Shown here piece by piece: positions 9,768 through 22,887 of a DNA stretch of 64,000 bases. The stretch comes from Pseudochrobactrum asaccharolyticum (GTDB lineage Bacteria; Pseudomonadota; Alphaproteobacteria; Rhizobiales; Rhizobiaceae), in contig JBEBVV010000008.1 of NCBI GenBank assembly GCA_040392545.1, positions 19,306 to 83,305 of the forward strand. The letters are read 5' to 3'. Positions within the stretch are counted from its first letter, which is position 1, and every line of letters starts with the position of its first letter. The notes below the pieces were generated by a model. The model worked only from the letters and a program-made list of their open reading frames with translations, had not been told where the DNA came from and searched no databases. The translations under genes and the position numbers were made by a program.

Positions 9768-11578
9768 GTAAAAAAACTGGCTGGTTTCGCCGAGGCAATA
9801 AGGTTTCAATCTCCGGAGACGGTGCGCCATTAGGGCAGGCACCGGAATTCGACAGCGCCGCCCCTGATCCAGAGGGCGGCATTGCCACATCTCCGCTTAA
9901 TAATAATGTCGCTTTTGCCGGTAACCGCAAAAAGCATGGCAATCGTGCCCGCAACCGCCTTTTGATGGCCACGGCCTGCTTCATGGGTATTTATGCGGTG
10001 ATCGGCGGGCGTCTGGTCTATTACGGTTTGCAGGGCGATGAAAATGAAGGCTACCGCGCCGGTGCCGCCAGCACGCTGGCATCGCGGCCGGATATTCTTG
10101 ACCGTAACGGCGAAGTGTTGGCCACGGATATCAAAACCGCATCGCTCTATGCGGAACCGAAGAAAATTGCCGATCCGGATGAAACACTGGAATTGCTGGC
10201 GACAGTGCTGCCTAATCTTGATTGGGAAAGCACCTATCGCAAGCTGAAAAGCGGTGCTGGTTTCGTGTGGATTCAGCGTGGCCTGACCCCGCGCCAGCAA
10301 AGCCAGATTATGGCGCTGGGTGTGCCGGGTATCGGTTTCCGCACGGAAAAATCACGTTTCTATCCCGGTGGCCCGACAGCATCCCATATTCTCGGTCTGG
10401 TAAATATCGACAATCAGGGCATTGCCGGTATGGAAAAATATATCGACAGTCAGGGTTTGAGCGATTTGCGTCAGGCCGGACTGGCGCAGCCGGATAATCT
10501 CGAACCGTTCCGTCTGTCGATTGATCTGCGTGTTCAGCATATTATGCGTGACGAGCTGGTACAGGCGGTTAGCAAATATCGCGCGATTGCCGCCGGTGCT
10601 GTGGTGCTGAATGCCAAGACCGGTGAAGTGGTGGCGATGGCCTCGGTGCCGGATTTTGATCCGAATAACCCGTTCAATGCGCTGGAAAAAGACCGCCTTA
10701 ACCGTATGTCTGCCGGTACCTATGAAATGGGCTCGACCATTAAGAGCTTTACCACGGCGATGGCGCTGGATTCCGGCAAATTCAACGTGGACAGTAAATT
10801 TGATGCCACGCGTCCGATCACAATCGGCCGTCAGACCATCCGTGACTTCCACGGTAAAGCACGCTGGCTGACATTGGCGGAAGTGTTTATTTTCTCGTCC
10901 AATATCGGTTCGGGTAAGGAAGCCGATGCGGTTGGCATTGAAGGCCACCGTGAATTCCTCAAACGTCTCGGCCTGCTGGACCGTATGCAAACGGAATTGC
11001 CGGAAGTGGCACGTCCTGTTGAGCCGCGTGTATGGAAAAAGGTGCATTCGATCACGATTTCCTTTGGCCATGGCATGATGACCACGCCGCTGCAAACGGC
11101 TGTTGCCGCTGCCGCATTGATGAATGGCGGCAAGCTCATTCAGCCGACTTTTGTGCCGCGCACGGAAGCGGAAGCCAATGCGGTTGCTGTGCAGGTTCTT
11201 AATCCGAAGACCAGTAAGGATATGCGCTATCTCTACCGCTTGAATGCGGAAATCGGCTCGGGTCGCCGCGCCGAGGTGAAGGGCTATCGCGTTGGCGGCA
11301 AGACCGGTACGGCGGAAAAAGTGATCAATGGCCGTTATTCCAAGGATGTGCGCTTTAATGCATTTCTCGCCGCATTCCCGATGGATGATCCGACTTATAT
11401 CGTTTTGACCATTATTGATGAGCCAAAACCTGAGGAAGGTAAATATTCTGCCACTGCCGGACTCAATGCTGCCCCAATGGTTGCAAATATCATTCGGCGG
11501 TCGGCCTCTTTCCTCGGTGTGCAGCCTGATTTTGCCAAAGACGCACCGCCGATTTTGGCCGCCTTTGAAAATGACTAG
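9764..11578 (+). CDS. ftsI: Penicillin-binding protein 3 (septal transpeptidase)
   Basis: RPDILDRNG, SxxK (STIK), SSN, KTGTA. Confidence 0.96.
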   Translation: MSKKTGWFRRGNKVSISGDGAPLGQAPEFDSAAPDPEGGIATSPLNNNVAFAGNRKKHGNRARNRLLMATACFMGIYAVIGGRLVYYGLQGDENEGYRAGAASTLASRPDILDRNGEVLATDIKTASLYAEPKKIADPDETLELLATVLPNLDWESTYRKLKSGAGFVWIQRGLTPRQQSQIMALGVPGIGFRTEKSRFYPGGPTASHILGLVNIDNQGIAGMEKYIDSQGLSDLRQAGLAQPDNLEPFRLSIDLRVQHIMRDELVQAVSKYRAIAAGAVVLNAKTGEVVAMASVPDFDPNNPFNALEKDRLNRMSAGTYEMGSTIKSFTTAMALDSGKFNVDSKFDATRPITIGRQTIRDFHGKARWLTLAEVFIFSSNIGSGKEADAVGIEGHREFLKRLGLLDRMQTELPEVARPVEPRVWKKVHSITISFGHGMMTTPLQTAVAAAALMNGGKLIQPTFVPRTEAEANAVAVQVLNPKTSKDMRYLYRLNAEIGSGRRAEVKGYRVGGKTGTAEKVINGRYSKDVRFNAFLAAFPMDDPTYIVLTIIDEPKPEEGKYSATAGLNAAPMVANIIRRSASFLGVQPDFAKDAPPILAAFEND

Positions 11579-11703
11579 AGCATGTTTCCTGTGCCCCAGT
11601 GGGCGCAGGATGCTTCAATATCAGACGGGAGCTGCGGCAGCAGGTACTGTTTAAGTGCTACGGGTGCCGCAGAATGAAGAGTTCAAGATCGGGACAGGAC
11701 GGA

Positions 11704-13158
11704 ATGAAACTTAAAGAGATTGCCGCATTCGTTAATGAAATGGCTGCTGCTGTCACGCAGACTGAAATTTCCGGCGTTAGCTCCGATTCCCGCACAGTGC
11801 AGCAGGGCTATCTGTTTGCTGCGCTCAAGGGTGTCAAAAATGATGGCTCGGCCTATGCGGCTGATGCGGTCAAACGCGGTGCCATTGCTGTTCTGGCGGA
11901 TGAGCATATGGATGCCTCGCAGATCAGTGTTCCGGTGTTGCGCTGTGCTGACCCGCGCCATGCGCTGGCTATGATTGCCGCCACTTTCTACGGCAAGCAG
12001 CCGCAGATTATGACGGCTGTGACCGGCACCAGCGGCAAAACCTCGGTTGCGTCCTTCACCCAGCAAATCTGGGCCTATGCCGGCTTTGCCGCTGCGAGCA
12101 TCGGTACCACCGGCGTTTTCTCGCCGACACGCAATGAATATGGTTCGCTCACCACGCCTGATCCTGTGGAATTGCAGAAAGTGCTGGCGGAACTGCGTGA
12201 TGAAGGCGTGACCCATGCCTGTATGGAAGCATCGTCCCACGGGCTGGATCAGCGCCGCCTTGACGGTGTGAAACTGACAGCGGGCGCTTTCACCAATCTC
12301 GGCCGCGATCACATGGATTATCATCCGACGGTGGAGAATTATCTGGCCGCCAAAATGCGGCTGTTTGATACGCTGTTGCCGAAAGGCGCACCGGCGATTA
12401 TTTTTGCCGATGATATTTATTCCGAACAGGCAGCAGAGGCTGCCCGTCAGGCCGGTTGCGATGTGAAACTGGTTGGCCGTAAAGGCGATTTCATCACGCT
12501 CAAGCGCGTGGAACATGAGCGCCACCGCCAATATATTGAATTGTGCCATGACGGCAAAATTTATGAAATCACTTTGCCGCTGGCCGGTGATTTTCAGGTG
12601 GCCAATGCGATTGTGGCGGCTGGTCTGGCGCTGGTTTCCGGTGTGCCTGCCGATGCGGCTTTCCGTGCGCTGGAACGGCTTAAAGGTGCGCCGGGCCGTC
12701 TTGATCTGGTAGGTTCCACTGAAAATGGTGTGCCGGTTTATGTGGATTATGCCCATAAGCCGGATGCGCTGGAAAATGTGCTGACCTCGGTGCGTCCTTT
12801 CACAACAGGGCGGGTGATTGTGGTCTTTGGCTGCGGCGGCGACCGTGACAAGGGCAAGCGCCCGATCATGGGTGAAATTGCCACCCGTCTGGCCGATGTG
12901 GTGATTGTCACCGATGATAATCCGCGTTCGGAAGTACCGGCGACCATCCGTTCGGAAATTCTGAGTGCAGCAGCCGGTGCGCTTGAGATCGGTGACCGCC
13001 ATGAGGCGATCCGCCATGCGGTTTTGATCGCAGAAGCCGGTGATACTGTGATTATTGCAGGCAAAGGGCATGAAGAGGGGCAGATCATCAATGGTGTGAC
13101 ATTGCCTTTCTCTGATCATGCAGAAGTTGTCCGTTCGCTTGAGGCGCGTTTTAAATGA
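11704..13158 (+). CDS. murE: UDP-MurNAc-dipeptide:meso-DAP ligase
   Basis: [24 protein letters not shown] (DAP specificity), AGKGHE. Confidence 0.97.
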   Translation: MKLKEIAAFVNEMAAAVTQTEISGVSSDSRTVQQGYLFAALKGVKNDGSAYAADAVKRGAIAVLADEHMDASQISVPVLRCADPRHALAMIAATFYGKQPQIMTAVTGTSGKTSVASFTQQIWAYAGFAAASIGTTGVFSPTRNEYGSLTTPDPVELQKVLAELRDEGVTHACMEASSHGLDQRRLDGVKLTAGAFTNLGRDHMDYHPTVENYLAAKMRLFDTLLPKGAPAIIFADDIYSEQAAEAARQAGCDVKLVGRKGDFITLKRVEHERHRQYIELCHDGKIYEITLPLAGDFQVANAIVAAGLALVSGVPADAAFRALERLKGAPGRLDLVGSTENGVPVYVDYAHKPDALENVLTSVRPFTTGRVIVVFGCGGDRDKGKRPIMGEIATRLADVVIVTDDNPRSEVPATIRSEILSAAAGALEIGDRHEAIRHAVLIAEAGDTVIIAGKGHEEGQIINGVTLPFSDHAEVVRSLEARFK

Positions 13159-14594
13159 CTGAAATTCTCTGGAAATCGGCTGACATGGTAAAAGCGATGG
13201 AAGGGCGGCCCGTAGGCCAGCTTCCTGTCGGCATTACCGGTATTTCGATCGATTCCCGCACTTTGCGTAAAGGCGAGGCTTTTTTCGCAATTAAAGGCGA
13301 TGTCTTCGACGGCCATGATTTTGCAACCGCAGCAATGGCTGCGGGTGCCGGTTTGCTGGTGGTGACCGAAGCGCGTTTGCCTGCCTTGGGCAAATTGCAG
13401 GTGCCGATGATTGTGGTGGATGATGTGCTGGCAGCGCTGACCCGTTTGGGTCTTGCCTCCCGTGCCCGTTCCAAAGCGCAGATCATTGCGGTGACCGGCT
13501 CGGTCGGCAAAACCACGACCAAGGAAGCGCTGCGTCATGTTTTGTCCGAATGCGGCAAAGTTCATGCGTCGGCTGCGTCTTTCAATAATCACTGGGGCGT
13601 GCCGCTGACATTGGCGCGGATGCCGGAAGATACCGATTACGGCGTTTTTGAAATCGGTATGAACCATCATGATGAAATCCGCCCGCTGGTGAAAATGGTG
13701 CAGCCGCATGTGGCTGTAATCACGCAGATTGCTGCGGCGCATCTGGGACATTTTGCTAATCTTGAAGAGATTGCCGTTGCCAAGGCCGAGATTTTTGAAG
13801 GTGTTTTGCCCGGCGGTTATGCTCTTCTCAACCGCGATGACAAGCGTTTCAAACAGCTTGAAGCGCTGGCCAGTGCCGCGGGTATCGAACATATTCCGAC
13901 TTTTGGTGAAAATGCCCGCTCAACCTATCGTCTGCGTGATCTGGTGATGAAGCCGGATTGCTCCTGCATTACTGTCTCCCTGAATGGTCAGGAAGCGGCG
14001 GTAAAGATCAGCGCACCCGGACGCCATATTGTGCAGAATATGCTGGCCGTGATGGGCGCTGCGCATCTTGTCGGTGCCGATATGACCAAAGTTGTGCTGG
14101 CGCTTGGCACATTGCAGGCCGAAGCCGGACGCGGTGCGCAATATCGTCTGCGCCACGGTGAGGGCACATTCACGCTGATTGATGAAAGCTATAATGCCAA
14201 TCCGGCCTCGATGCGGGCGGCACTTGCGCTGCTTGAGGCAACGGAACCGCAGGGCGAGCGTCCTGAAGCCGGACGGCGCATCGCGGTTCTCGGCGATATG
14301 CTGGAACTGGGCAAGCAATCTTCCAAGCTGCATGGTGATCTGGCGCGTCCGATTGTGGATGCGCATGTGAATATGCTGTTTATCGGCGGCGCACATATGA
14401 GTGCCCTGAAATCCGCAATGCCTGCAGAAATTCAGGTTGAGTATCGGGAAAGCGTTGACGAACTGCTGCCACTTGTAGTCAAAGCAGTGCGCCCCGGAGA
14501 TGTGGTGATGATCAAATCGTCGAAATCGATCGGTTTTGTGAAAATCGTCAATGCATTGCTGAAAAAATATGCAGCCTCCGAGGCGGCTGAGTAA
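13155..14594 (+). CDS. murF: UDP-MurNAc-tripeptide:D-Ala-D-Ala ligase
   Basis: [35 protein letters not shown]. Confidence 0.97.
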   Translation: MTEILWKSADMVKAMEGRPVGQLPVGITGISIDSRTLRKGEAFFAIKGDVFDGHDFATAAMAAGAGLLVVTEARLPALGKLQVPMIVVDDVLAALTRLGLASRARSKAQIIAVTGSVGKTTTKEALRHVLSECGKVHASAASFNNHWGVPLTLARMPEDTDYGVFEIGMNHHDEIRPLVKMVQPHVAVITQIAAAHLGHFANLEEIAVAKAEIFEGVLPGGYALLNRDDKRFKQLEALASAAGIEHIPTFGENARSTYRLRDLVMKPDCSCITVSLNGQEAAVKISAPGRHIVQNMLAVMGAAHLVGADMTKVVLALGTLQAEAGRGAQYRLRHGEGTFTLIDESYNANPASMRAALALLEATEPQGERPEAGRRIAVLGDMLELGKQSSKLHGDLARPIVDAHVNMLFIGGAHMSALKSAMPAEIQVEYRESVDELLPLVVKAVRPGDVVMIKSSKSIGFVKIVNALLKKYAASEAAE

Positions 14595-14741
14595 TTTATA
14601 TCGGCGTCATTACCTGTTAATGAGGCCGTTCTGATCATAACAGTTGTTACAACTGCAAAACAATAACAGGCGCTGAGTCCGGCATTTTAAAGTTATGCCG
14701 GACTGTAAAGTACCGAGACCGACCTGAAGGGCATTCACCCG

Positions 14742-15824
14742 ATGCTGATGTTATTAGCCAATGCTGCGGATCATCTGTCGTTTTTCAATGTGTTCCGCTA
14801 TATTACTTTCCGCACCGGCGGTGCTTTGATTACATCAGCTATGCTGGTCTTTTTGCTGGGGCCGCGCATTATTGACAGTCTGCGCGTGCGTCAGGGCCGC
14901 GGTCAGCCGATCCGTGCGGACGGCCCGCAGACTCACTTCAAAAAAGCCGGTACGCCGACAATGGGCGGGCTGATGATCCTGTTCGGGGTTCTGACATCCG
15001 TTATGCTCTGGGGTAATCTCAAGAGCGTTTATGTCTGGGTTGTGCTGCTGGTCACGATCAGCTTCGGTGCTATCGGTTTTTATGATGACTATCTAAAAGT
15101 CACCAAACAGTCGGATAAAGGTTTTTCCGGCAAAGCCCGTCTGGGTCTGGAATTCATCATTGCCGCTATTGCCGCATGGGTGATTATGCATACGGGGCAG
15201 GAACCGTTTTCTTCCTCGCTGACTTTCCCGTTTGTCAAAGGCTTCCTGATCGATCTGAGTTGGTTCTTCATTCCTTTTGCCGCTTTTGTTATGGTCGGCT
15301 CCGGTAATGCGGTCAATTTTACCGATGGTCTGGATGGTCTGGCGATTGTACCGGTCATGGTTGCCGCCGCATCTTTCGGCTTTATTGCTTATCTCTCCGG
15401 TAATGCGATTTTTGCGGATTATTTGCAGATTCATTTTGTGCCGGGCACCGGTGAACTGGCGGTTATTCTTGGTGCTGTAATTGGTGCCGGTCTTGGCTTT
15501 TTGTGGTTCAATGCGCCTCCGGCTGCGATTTTCATGGGCGATACCGGATCGCTGGCGCTGGGTGGTATGCTGGGCGCGGTTGCCGTCGCCACCAAACATG
15601 AAATCGTGCTGGCAATTATCGGCGGGTTGTTTGTGATGGAAGCCCTCTCGGTGATTATTCAGGTGGGCTGGTTCAAAATGACCGGCAGGCGCGTATTTTT
15701 GATGGCGCCGATCCACCACCACTTTGAAAAGAAGGGCTGGACGGAAAGTCAGGTAGTGATCAGGTTCTGGATCATTGCCATCATTCTGGCGATGATCGGC
15801 CTCTCCACTTTGAAATTGCGTTAA
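14742..15824 (+). CDS. mraY: Phospho-MurNAc-pentapeptide transferase
   Basis: [34 protein letters not shown]. Confidence 0.98.
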   Translation: MLMLLANAADHLSFFNVFRYITFRTGGALITSAMLVFLLGPRIIDSLRVRQGRGQPIRADGPQTHFKKAGTPTMGGLMILFGVLTSVMLWGNLKSVYVWVVLLVTISFGAIGFYDDYLKVTKQSDKGFSGKARLGLEFIIAAIAAWVIMHTGQEPFSSSLTFPFVKGFLIDLSWFFIPFAAFVMVGSGNAVNFTDGLDGLAIVPVMVAAASFGFIAYLSGNAIFADYLQIHFVPGTGELAVILGAVIGAGLGFLWFNAPPAAIFMGDTGSLALGGMLGAVAVATKHEIVLAIIGGLFVMEALSVIIQVGWFKMTGRRVFLMAPIHHHFEKKGWTESQVVIRFWIIAIILAMIGLSTLKLR

Positions 15825-15843
15825 ACAATTTGCGTTAAACAGG

Positions 15844-15875
15844 TAATCCGAATGGTTTGTTAACCATTCGGATTA
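15844..15875. repeat. Perfect 14-bp inverted repeat containing TTAACCAT
   Basis: TAATCCGAATGGTT-tgtt-AACCATTCGGATTA. Confidence 0.9.
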
Positions 15876-16020
15876 AATTATATAGCGAAGCATTAAAGCA
15901 TGTGCCGCAAGGGCGGAAACCGTTTGCGGCACGATATGCATAAACGGATAGCCGGACTATTTTCTCTGCCTCTAGGGTGACGGAAATTTCCGGAAAAAAT
16001 TGTCGATTGGCGGCCTGATA

Positions 16021-17430
16021 ATGATCCCCACACTGACCCTGAAAAACAAGCATGTTGCATTGTTCGGCCTTGGCGGTTCCGGCCTGGCAACGGCCAAAGC
16101 GATACGCGACGGCGGTGCGCAGGTTATAGCGTGGGACGATAATCCGGAAAGTGTTGCCCGTGCGGCAGCGCAGGGCATTACAGTGCAGGATTTGCGCGAG
16201 GCTGACTGGTCGGCTTTCAGCGCTTTTGTATTGTCTCCCGGTGTACCGCTGACCCATCCGAAACCGCATTGGAGCGTTGATCTGGCGCATCAGGCACAGG
16301 TGCCGGTGATCGGCGATGTGGAATTGTTCTGCCGCGAGCGCAATGCAGCCATGGCTGCGGGCGCAGATTGCCCGTTTGTGGCAATTACCGGCACCAATGG
16401 CAAATCCACCACCACGGCGTTGATTGCCCATATTATCAAGGCGTCAGGCCGTGATATGCAGCTTGGCGGCAATATTGGCACGGCGGTGTTGTCGCTGGAG
16501 CCGCCGGTGAATGCACGCAATTATGTAGTGGAATGTTCGTCCTACCAGATTGATCTGGCACCTTCTCTTAATCCGAGTGCTGGTATCCTGCTCAATCTGA
16601 CACCGGATCATCTCGACCGGCACGGGACGATGGAGCATTATGCTGCGATCAAGGAACGGCTGGTTGCCGGCAGTGATACGGCGATTGTGGCGGTGGATGA
16701 TGCTTATTGTGTTGCCATTGCCGACCGGCTGGAAAAACAGGGTAAAAAGCTGATCCGTTTTTCCAAGGATCAGGTGCTTGAAAACGGTTTTTATGCGCAA
16801 GGTGCGGATATTTACCGTGCAGACAATGGCAGAGCGGAATTGCTGGTTTCCCTTGCTGGCATCGGCTCGTTGCGCGGTGCCCATAATGCCCAAAACGCGC
16901 TGGCAGCCCTGATTGCCTGCCTGACAATCGGTTTGAGCCTTGAAGATATTTGCGCAGGCTTGCGCAGCTTTCCGGGGCTTGCCCATCGTATGGAGCAGAT
17001 CGGTTATCAGGGTAAAACCCTGTTCATCAATGATTCAAAGGCGACCAATGCCGAGGCCACAGCGCCCGCATTATCATCTTTCCCGAAACTTTACTGGATT
17101 GTCGGCGGCTTGCCGAAAAGCGGTGGCATTGAAGCTTTGCGCGGTTTCTTCCCGCGTATTGTCAAAGCCTATCTGATCGGCGAGGCGGCAGCGCAATTTG
17201 CAGCGACACTCGGGCATGATGTGCCGTTTGAAATCAGCCATACGCTGGATGCCGCAATTGACCATGCTGCGCAGGATGCCGCGCTGGATACGGATGCCGA
17301 ACCGGTGGTGTTGTTGTCTCCGGCCTGTGCCAGCTTTGACCAGTTTCCGAATTTTGAAAAGCGCGGGGCTGCATTTCGTGACAGGGTCATGATGTTGCAG
17401 GGCTTCCGTCCGGCAGGGAGGGCAGACTGA
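16021..17430 (+). CDS. murD: UDP-MurNAc-L-Ala:D-Glu ligase
   Basis: [47 protein letters not shown]. Confidence 0.97.
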   Translation: MIPTLTLKNKHVALFGLGGSGLATAKAIRDGGAQVIAWDDNPESVARAAAQGITVQDLREADWSAFSAFVLSPGVPLTHPKPHWSVDLAHQAQVPVIGDVELFCRERNAAMAAGADCPFVAITGTNGKSTTTALIAHIIKASGRDMQLGGNIGTAVLSLEPPVNARNYVVECSSYQIDLAPSLNPSAGILLNLTPDHLDRHGTMEHYAAIKERLVAGSDTAIVAVDDAYCVAIADRLEKQGKKLIRFSKDQVLENGFYAQGADIYRADNGRAELLVSLAGIGSLRGAHNAQNALAALIACLTIGLSLEDICAGLRSFPGLAHRMEQIGYQGKTLFINDSKATNAEATAPALSSFPKLYWIVGGLPKSGGIEALRGFFPRIVKAYLIGEAAAQFAATLGHDVPFEISHTLDAAIDHAAQDAALDTDAEPVVLLSPACASFDQFPNFEKRGAAFRDRVMMLQGFRPAGRAD

Positions 17431-18581
17431 TGGTTAGCCGCGTAGACCGGGGCCCCGTTGCCAATTGGTGGTGGACGATTGACCGTTATTTTCTGGCAGC
17501 CTGTCTGGCACTGATGGGGCTTGGCATTTTGCTGTCCTATGCGGCAAGTCCTGCCGTGGCCGAACGTATCGGACTTGACAGTTTTCACTTCGTTGAGCGC
17601 CAGATTTTCTTCATGATACCGGCACTGATCGCCATGATCAGTATTTCGTTCTTAACGCCGCGTCTGGTGCGGCGCGCAGCGCTTATTCTGCTCTGCGTTG
17701 CGCTGTTGTTGATGGTGGCGGCACTGTTTATCGGGATTGAGGTCAAAGGTGCGCGGCGCTGGGTCTCGCTGGCCGGTATTTCCATTCAACCGTCGGAATT
17801 TATGAAGCCTGCCTTTGTGGTCATTTGTGCATGGTTGTTCTCCGAGCAGGAGCGCAATGGCGATATGCCGGGCAATCTGCTGGCTATGCTGTTGTTTGGT
17901 ATGGTGGCTGCATTGCTGATGGCACAGCCGGATTTCGGGCAGACAACGCTGACAGCCGTGAGCTGGGGCGCGATGTTCTTTCTCGCCGGTATGCCATGGA
18001 TGTGGATTATAGTTCTCGGCGGTGTTGCTGTTGTCGGCGGTTTGAGCGCTTATACATTCTTCCCGCATGTGGCCGGACGTATTGACCGCTTTATGACCGG
18101 TGAGGGCGATACATTTCAGGTGGATAGCGGACGCGAAGCGATTATCAGCGGCGGCTGGTTCGGTCAGGGCCCGGGTGAAGGCACGATCAAACGCATCATT
18201 CCCGACAGTCATACGGACTTTATCTTTTCCGTGGCAGCGGAAGAATACGGCATTATCCTTTGTATCGTGATTATGCTGCTGTTTGCCTTTATTGTGATCC
18301 GCGGACTGGTTGTTGCCATGAAAGAGCGCGATGCTTTCACAAGACTGGCGATTTCCGGCATTGTTATTCTGTTCGGTTTCCAGTCGATCATTAATATGGC
18401 GGTGAACCTGCATCTGATGCCTGCAAAAGGGATGACGCTGCCGTTTATCTCTTATGGCGGTTCATCGCTGGTGGCGATTGCGATCACGATGGGCTTTTTG
18501 CTGGCGCTGACCCGTCATTCACCGGAGCGCCGTATGTCGGCCACGCTGAAAGGCGCGGGCGAGCGTATTCCGGTCTTGTAA
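17430..18581 (+). CDS. ftsW: SEDS peptidoglycan glycosyltransferase FtsW
   Basis: GARRW, QPSEF, QPDFG, HTDFIF, PFISYGGSS. Confidence 0.97.
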   Translation: MVSRVDRGPVANWWWTIDRYFLAACLALMGLGILLSYAASPAVAERIGLDSFHFVERQIFFMIPALIAMISISFLTPRLVRRAALILLCVALLLMVAALFIGIEVKGARRWVSLAGISIQPSEFMKPAFVVICAWLFSEQERNGDMPGNLLAMLLFGMVAALLMAQPDFGQTTLTAVSWGAMFFLAGMPWMWIIVLGGVAVVGGLSAYTFFPHVAGRIDRFMTGEGDTFQVDSGREAIISGGWFGQGPGEGTIKRIIPDSHTDFIFSVAAEEYGIILCIVIMLLFAFIVIRGLVVAMKERDAFTRLAISGIVILFGFQSIINMAVNLHLMPAKGMTLPFISYGGSSLVAIAITMGFLLALTRHSPERRMSATLKGAGERIPVL

Positions 18582-18690
18582 GAACCCGTTACGGGCACGG
18601 TTTTGCTGCACAGATCAGTGCCAGAACCGTGCCACACTTGTTTTACGCATTTTTCGGTAAATGCTTTTTTGAAGATAATCAGAAGATCGG

Positions 18691-19824
18691 ATGATGATGA
18701 CAAAAGATGTTATCGTTTTGGCGGCAGGCGGCACGGGCGGGCATTTGTTTCCGGCTGAAGCGCTGGCGCATGAGCTGACACAAGACGGCTATGATGTGCA
18801 TCTGGTGACAGATAAGCGGGCGCAGCGTTTTGTCTCCGGTTTTGCTGAGGATCATGTGCATGTGGTGCGCTCGGCAACCATTGCCGGTAAAAATCCCATT
18901 GCGCTGGCTAAGACATTTTACAGCCTGTGGCAGGGTAATCTCGATTGCCGCAAATTGTTCCGTCGCTTAAAGCCGAAACTGGTTGCAGGCTTTGGCGGCT
19001 ATCCGACCCTGCCGCCGCTCTATGCGGCATCGCGCATGGGCATACCAACACTGATCCATGAGCAGAATGCGGTGATGGGGCGCGCCAATAAAGGCCTGTC
19101 CGCCCGCGTGACAGCGATTGCCGGTGGTTTTCTGCCTGCGGATGGCGGCACTTATGCAGCCAAAACCGTGCAGACCGGCAATCCGGTGCGCCCGACAGTG
19201 CTGGCGCAGACAAATATTGCCTATAAGCCTTCCGCAGAGCCGGACACATTTCGCCTGCTGGTTTTTGGTGGCAGTCAGGGCGCGCAATATTTTTCAACTG
19301 TTGTACCGGCAGCCATTGCCCTTCTGGAAATGGAAGAGCGCGAGCGTTTGTTTGTAACCCAGCAGGCACGGCCTGAGGATGAAGTGATCTGCCGCAAAGC
19401 CTATGAAAAACTGGGCGTGAAGGCGCAGGTTGCACCATTCTTCGGCAATCTGCCGGAAATGATGGCGCAGGCGCATTTTGTCCTGTCGCGCTCCGGTGCT
19501 TCCACGGTTTCTGAAATTGCAGCCATTGGCCGTCCGAGCCTTTTGGTGCCGTTTCCTTTCGCGCTGGATCATGATCAGGCTGCCAATGCGGAGGCGCTGG
19601 CCAAAGCCGGTGGCGGTGAGGTGATCCGCCAGTCCGAGCTGAAGCCGGAAAAGCTGGCGAAAATTCTGATTGCCGCGCTCAATGAGCCGCAAAGACTGGC
19701 AGATATGGCAGGACGGGCAAAAAGTGCCGGTAAGCCGGATGCAACACGGTTGCTTGCTGATCTTTCCAAGGCTATTGCAGCAGGATTGTCTGTTTCTGAA
19801 TATAAGCAAGGAAAACGCGTATGA
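18691..19824 (+). CDS. murG: Lipid I GlcNAc transferase
   Basis: GGTGGH, HEQN, GNPVR, GGSQGA, RSGAST. Confidence 0.97.
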   Translation: MMMTKDVIVLAAGGTGGHLFPAEALAHELTQDGYDVHLVTDKRAQRFVSGFAEDHVHVVRSATIAGKNPIALAKTFYSLWQGNLDCRKLFRRLKPKLVAGFGGYPTLPPLYAASRMGIPTLIHEQNAVMGRANKGLSARVTAIAGGFLPADGGTYAAKTVQTGNPVRPTVLAQTNIAYKPSAEPDTFRLLVFGGSQGAQYFSTVVPAAIALLEMEERERLFVTQQARPEDEVICRKAYEKLGVKAQVAPFFGNLPEMMAQAHFVLSRSGASTVSEIAAIGRPSLLVPFPFALDHDQAANAEALAKAGGGEVIRQSELKPEKLAKILIAALNEPQRLADMAGRAKSAGKPDATRLLADLSKAIAAGLSVSEYKQGKRV

Positions 19825-21227
19825 AAATGCCCCTGAATATTGGTCTGGTTCATTTTATCGGAATCGGCGGCATTGGCATGAGCGGCATCGCGGAAGTGCT
19901 GCACAATCTGGGCTATAAGGTTCAGGGTTCCGATCAGGCAGACAGCGCCAATGTGCAGCGCCTGCGTGATAAGGGGATTGAAGTTTTTGTCGGCCATAAA
20001 GCTGAAAATATCGGCAAGGCCGATGTGATTGTGGTTTCCACCGCGATCCGTCAGAACAATCCGGAACTGGTTGAAGCGCGTGAAAAACTGCTGCCAATTG
20101 TACGCCGCGCGGAAATGCTGGCCGAACTGATGCGTTTCCGTCAGGCCATTGCGATTGGCGGAACCCATGGCAAAACCACCACAACATCTATGGTTGCCAC
20201 TTTGCTGGAGGCCGGTCGTCTCGATCCGACCGTGATCAATGGCGGTATCATTAATGCCTATGGCACCAATGCCCGTATGGGTGAGGGTGAGTGGATGGTG
20301 GTTGAAGCCGATGAAAGCGACGGCACTTTCCTCAAACTGCCAGCCGATATTGCAGTGATCACCAATATTGATCCGGAACATCTCGATCATTACGGTTCTT
20401 TCGACAATGTGCGTGCGGCCTTCCGCCAGTTCGTTGAAAATGTGCCATTCTATGGTTTCGGTGTGATGTGCCTTGATCATCCGGAAGTGCAGGCGCTGGT
20501 CAGCCGTATCGAGGACCGCCGCGTGATCACCTATGGTGAAAACCCGCAGGCTGATGTGCGTTTCTCCAACCATCACATGGATGGCGCGGTTTCCGTCTTT
20601 GATGTGGTAATCCGTGACCGCAAGGGCGAGACTGTCGAGATCAAGGATCTGCGTCTGCCGATGCCAGGCCGTCATAATGTTTCCAATGCCACGGCTGCCA
20701 TTGCTGTTGCCCATGAGCTTGGCCTGAGTGCCGATGATATCCGCAAGGGTCTGTCCGGCTTTGGTGGTGTGAAGCGCCGCTTTACCCATACCGGTTCATG
20801 GAACGGCGTTGAAGTGTTCGACGATTACGGTCATCATCCGGTGGAAATCAAAGCCGTGCTGAAAGCCGCCCGTGAGGCTGCTCGCAAGCGTGTGATCGCC
20901 ATTGCCCAGCCGCACCGTTTCACCCGTCTGGCGAGCTTGTTTGACGAATTTTCCACCTGTTTCAATGATGCGGATACGGTGATGATTGCGCCGGTCTACA
21001 CGGCAGGCGAAGATCCGATTGAAGGCGTGACATCAGAAGCGCTGGTGAGCAAGATCAAGACCGCCGGTCACCGTGATGCCCGCTATCTGGAAGATCCGGC
21101 ACAATTGCCGGACATCATCAAGGGGCTGGCGCAGGAAGGTGATTTTGTCGTGTTCCTCGGTGCAGGCAATATCACGCAATGGGCCTATGCACTGCCTAAG
21201 CAGCTTGGCGGTACCTCCACCGTTTAA
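19821..21227 (+). CDS. murC: UDP-MurNAc:L-Ala ligase
   Basis: [31 protein letters not shown]. Confidence 0.98.
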   Translation: MKMPLNIGLVHFIGIGGIGMSGIAEVLHNLGYKVQGSDQADSANVQRLRDKGIEVFVGHKAENIGKADVIVVSTAIRQNNPELVEAREKLLPIVRRAEMLAELMRFRQAIAIGGTHGKTTTTSMVATLLEAGRLDPTVINGGIINAYGTNARMGEGEWMVVEADESDGTFLKLPADIAVITNIDPEHLDHYGSFDNVRAAFRQFVENVPFYGFGVMCLDHPEVQALVSRIEDRRVITYGENPQADVRFSNHHMDGAVSVFDVVIRDRKGETVEIKDLRLPMPGRHNVSNATAAIAVAHELGLSADDIRKGLSGFGGVKRRFTHTGSWNGVEVFDDYGHHPVEIKAVLKAAREAARKRVIAIAQPHRFTRLASLFDEFSTCFNDADTVMIAPVYTAGEDPIEGVTSEALVSKIKTAGHRDARYLEDPAQLPDIIKGLAQEGDFVVFLGAGNITQWAYALPKQLGGTSTV

Positions 21228-21386
21228 GACTGTGCGTGTAGTTTTTATGCTGACTAATGCACTCGGCAGGGTTTGAGGGATAGTGCCTTGATCCCGCCGC
21301 CTTTCTTCTGATCTTATCCGAATTGTTATGACGCTTATAATCCGGAAAATTTGAAGTCCGGATTGATTTAAGAGAGATGATTGAAA

Positions 21387-22352
21387 ATGGCTGTAAAGCT
21401 TGATGGTGAAGCGCTGCTCAAGCAGCTTGAAAAACCTTTGTCCGGTGTGCGCGGACGGTTGACGCCCAATTCCGGCATGGACAAAATCACATGGTTCCGC
21501 GCAGGCGGCCCTGCTGAAATTCTGTTCCAGCCTGCCGATGAAGATGATCTGGCCGCGTTTCTGAAAAATCTGCCGGAAGAAATTCCGGTGATGACTGTCG
21601 GTATCGGCTCCAATCTTCTGGTGCGTGAAGGTGGTATTCCGGGCGTTGTCATCCGTCTGTCGGCCAAGGGCTTCGGTGAGGTTGAGCGCGTATCAGAAAC
21701 GCGCCTGCGTGCGGGGACTGCCACACCGGATAAGCGCGTGGCCGCTGCTGCCCTTGAGGCCGGTATTGCCGGTTTCCATTTCTATCATGGTATTCCGGGC
21801 GGTATCGGCGGTGCGCTGCGCATGAATGCCGGTGCCAATGGTGTTGAAACCTGTGAGCGCGTTGTGGAAGTGCGTGCGCTCGACCGCAAGGGCAATCTGC
21901 ATATTCTGAGCAATGCGGATATGGGTTATGCCTATCGCCATTGTTCCGCACCGAAAGACCTGATTTTCACCAGTGCGCTGTTTGAAGGCCCGCTTGGCGA
22001 GCAGGCGGCCATCCGTGTTGCCATGGATGAGGTGCAGAACCATCGTGAGACTGTGCAGCCGATCCGCGAGAAGACCGGTGGCTCTACTTTCAAAAATCCT
22101 GCCGGTACATCATCGTGGAAAGAAATTGACAAAGCCGGTTGCCGTGGCCTGACAATCGGTGGCGCCCATATGTCGACCATGCATTGCAATTTCATGATCA
22201 ATGGCGGCGATGCCACCAGCTATGATCTGGAATTGCTGGGTGAGACAGTGCGCAATAAAGTGCGGGCAAATTCCGGCATTGAATTGCATTGGGAAATCCG
22301 CCGCCTCGGCCAGTTTCTTGAAGGACGTGAAGTCAGCGAATTTCTCGACTGA
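21387..22352 (+). CDS. murB: UDP-GlcNAc-enolpyruvate reductase
   Basis: [31 protein letters not shown]. Confidence 0.97.
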   Translation: MAVKLDGEALLKQLEKPLSGVRGRLTPNSGMDKITWFRAGGPAEILFQPADEDDLAAFLKNLPEEIPVMTVGIGSNLLVREGGIPGVVIRLSAKGFGEVERVSETRLRAGTATPDKRVAAAALEAGIAGFHFYHGIPGGIGGALRMNAGANGVETCERVVEVRALDRKGNLHILSNADMGYAYRHCSAPKDLIFTSALFEGPLGEQAAIRVAMDEVQNHRETVQPIREKTGGSTFKNPAGTSSWKEIDKAGCRGLTIGGAHMSTMHCNFMINGGDATSYDLELLGETVRNKVRANSGIELHWEIRRLGQFLEGREVSEFLD

Positions 22353-22492
22353 TTTCATTTAAGAATTTTATAATTTTTCAGGAATTGTACATTCTATTTT
22401 TATCACCGTCGCCCTTCTGATTTGGCAGGGTGGCGGTGATTTGTTTTCATGCTCCTGCAAAGCCAGGCTCAAGGGTGATTTGCCCCTGTCAA

Positions 22493-22885
22493 GAGTCTAA
22501 TCTTTGTGTTTTGCTAAAATAAATTTTGAGGGCAAAAAATTGCCGAAAAACCATAATAAATCAGTGGCTTCGCTGAATCATGATTCGTGTGTTTGATTCG
22601 CGGTTTTCTATAAGGGCTTGCCATAGAATCAACTCTCTGATTCTTATAGTGAATAAGCGTTAGTGATTTGGGTCGGCGATTTAAATTGCCTTGGGTTTCT
22701 GCGGGAAATGCTTCCGCCGGAGCGCTGTATGATTGACTGAATCTGATGCTTTTCGGGTTCTGGGTCATGGGGTGGCCAAGGGTAAATTTAAGGGGCTGCA
22801 TATGTCAGTTTGATATGTGCGATCCGCTTCACGGTAGTTCGAAGTGTTTGTGTATTTGCTGCTGCTGGCAGAGGGGACAAGATTC
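22493..22885. promoter_or_regulatory. Cluster of GANTC (CcrM) sites in the ddl-ftsQAZ upstream region
   Basis: GANTC at 22493, 22575, 22582, 22595, 22626, 22639, 22739 and 22881. Confidence 0.7.
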
Positions 22886-22887
22886 AG

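Noticed and set aside
11683-13119. Long antisense ORFs (478 aa here; also 19575-20789, 26543-27721, 36865-37899, 45307-46377, 61581-62513)
   Set aside because: They mirror conserved genes on the opposite strand and have no recognisable motifs; they are shadows produced by codon bias.
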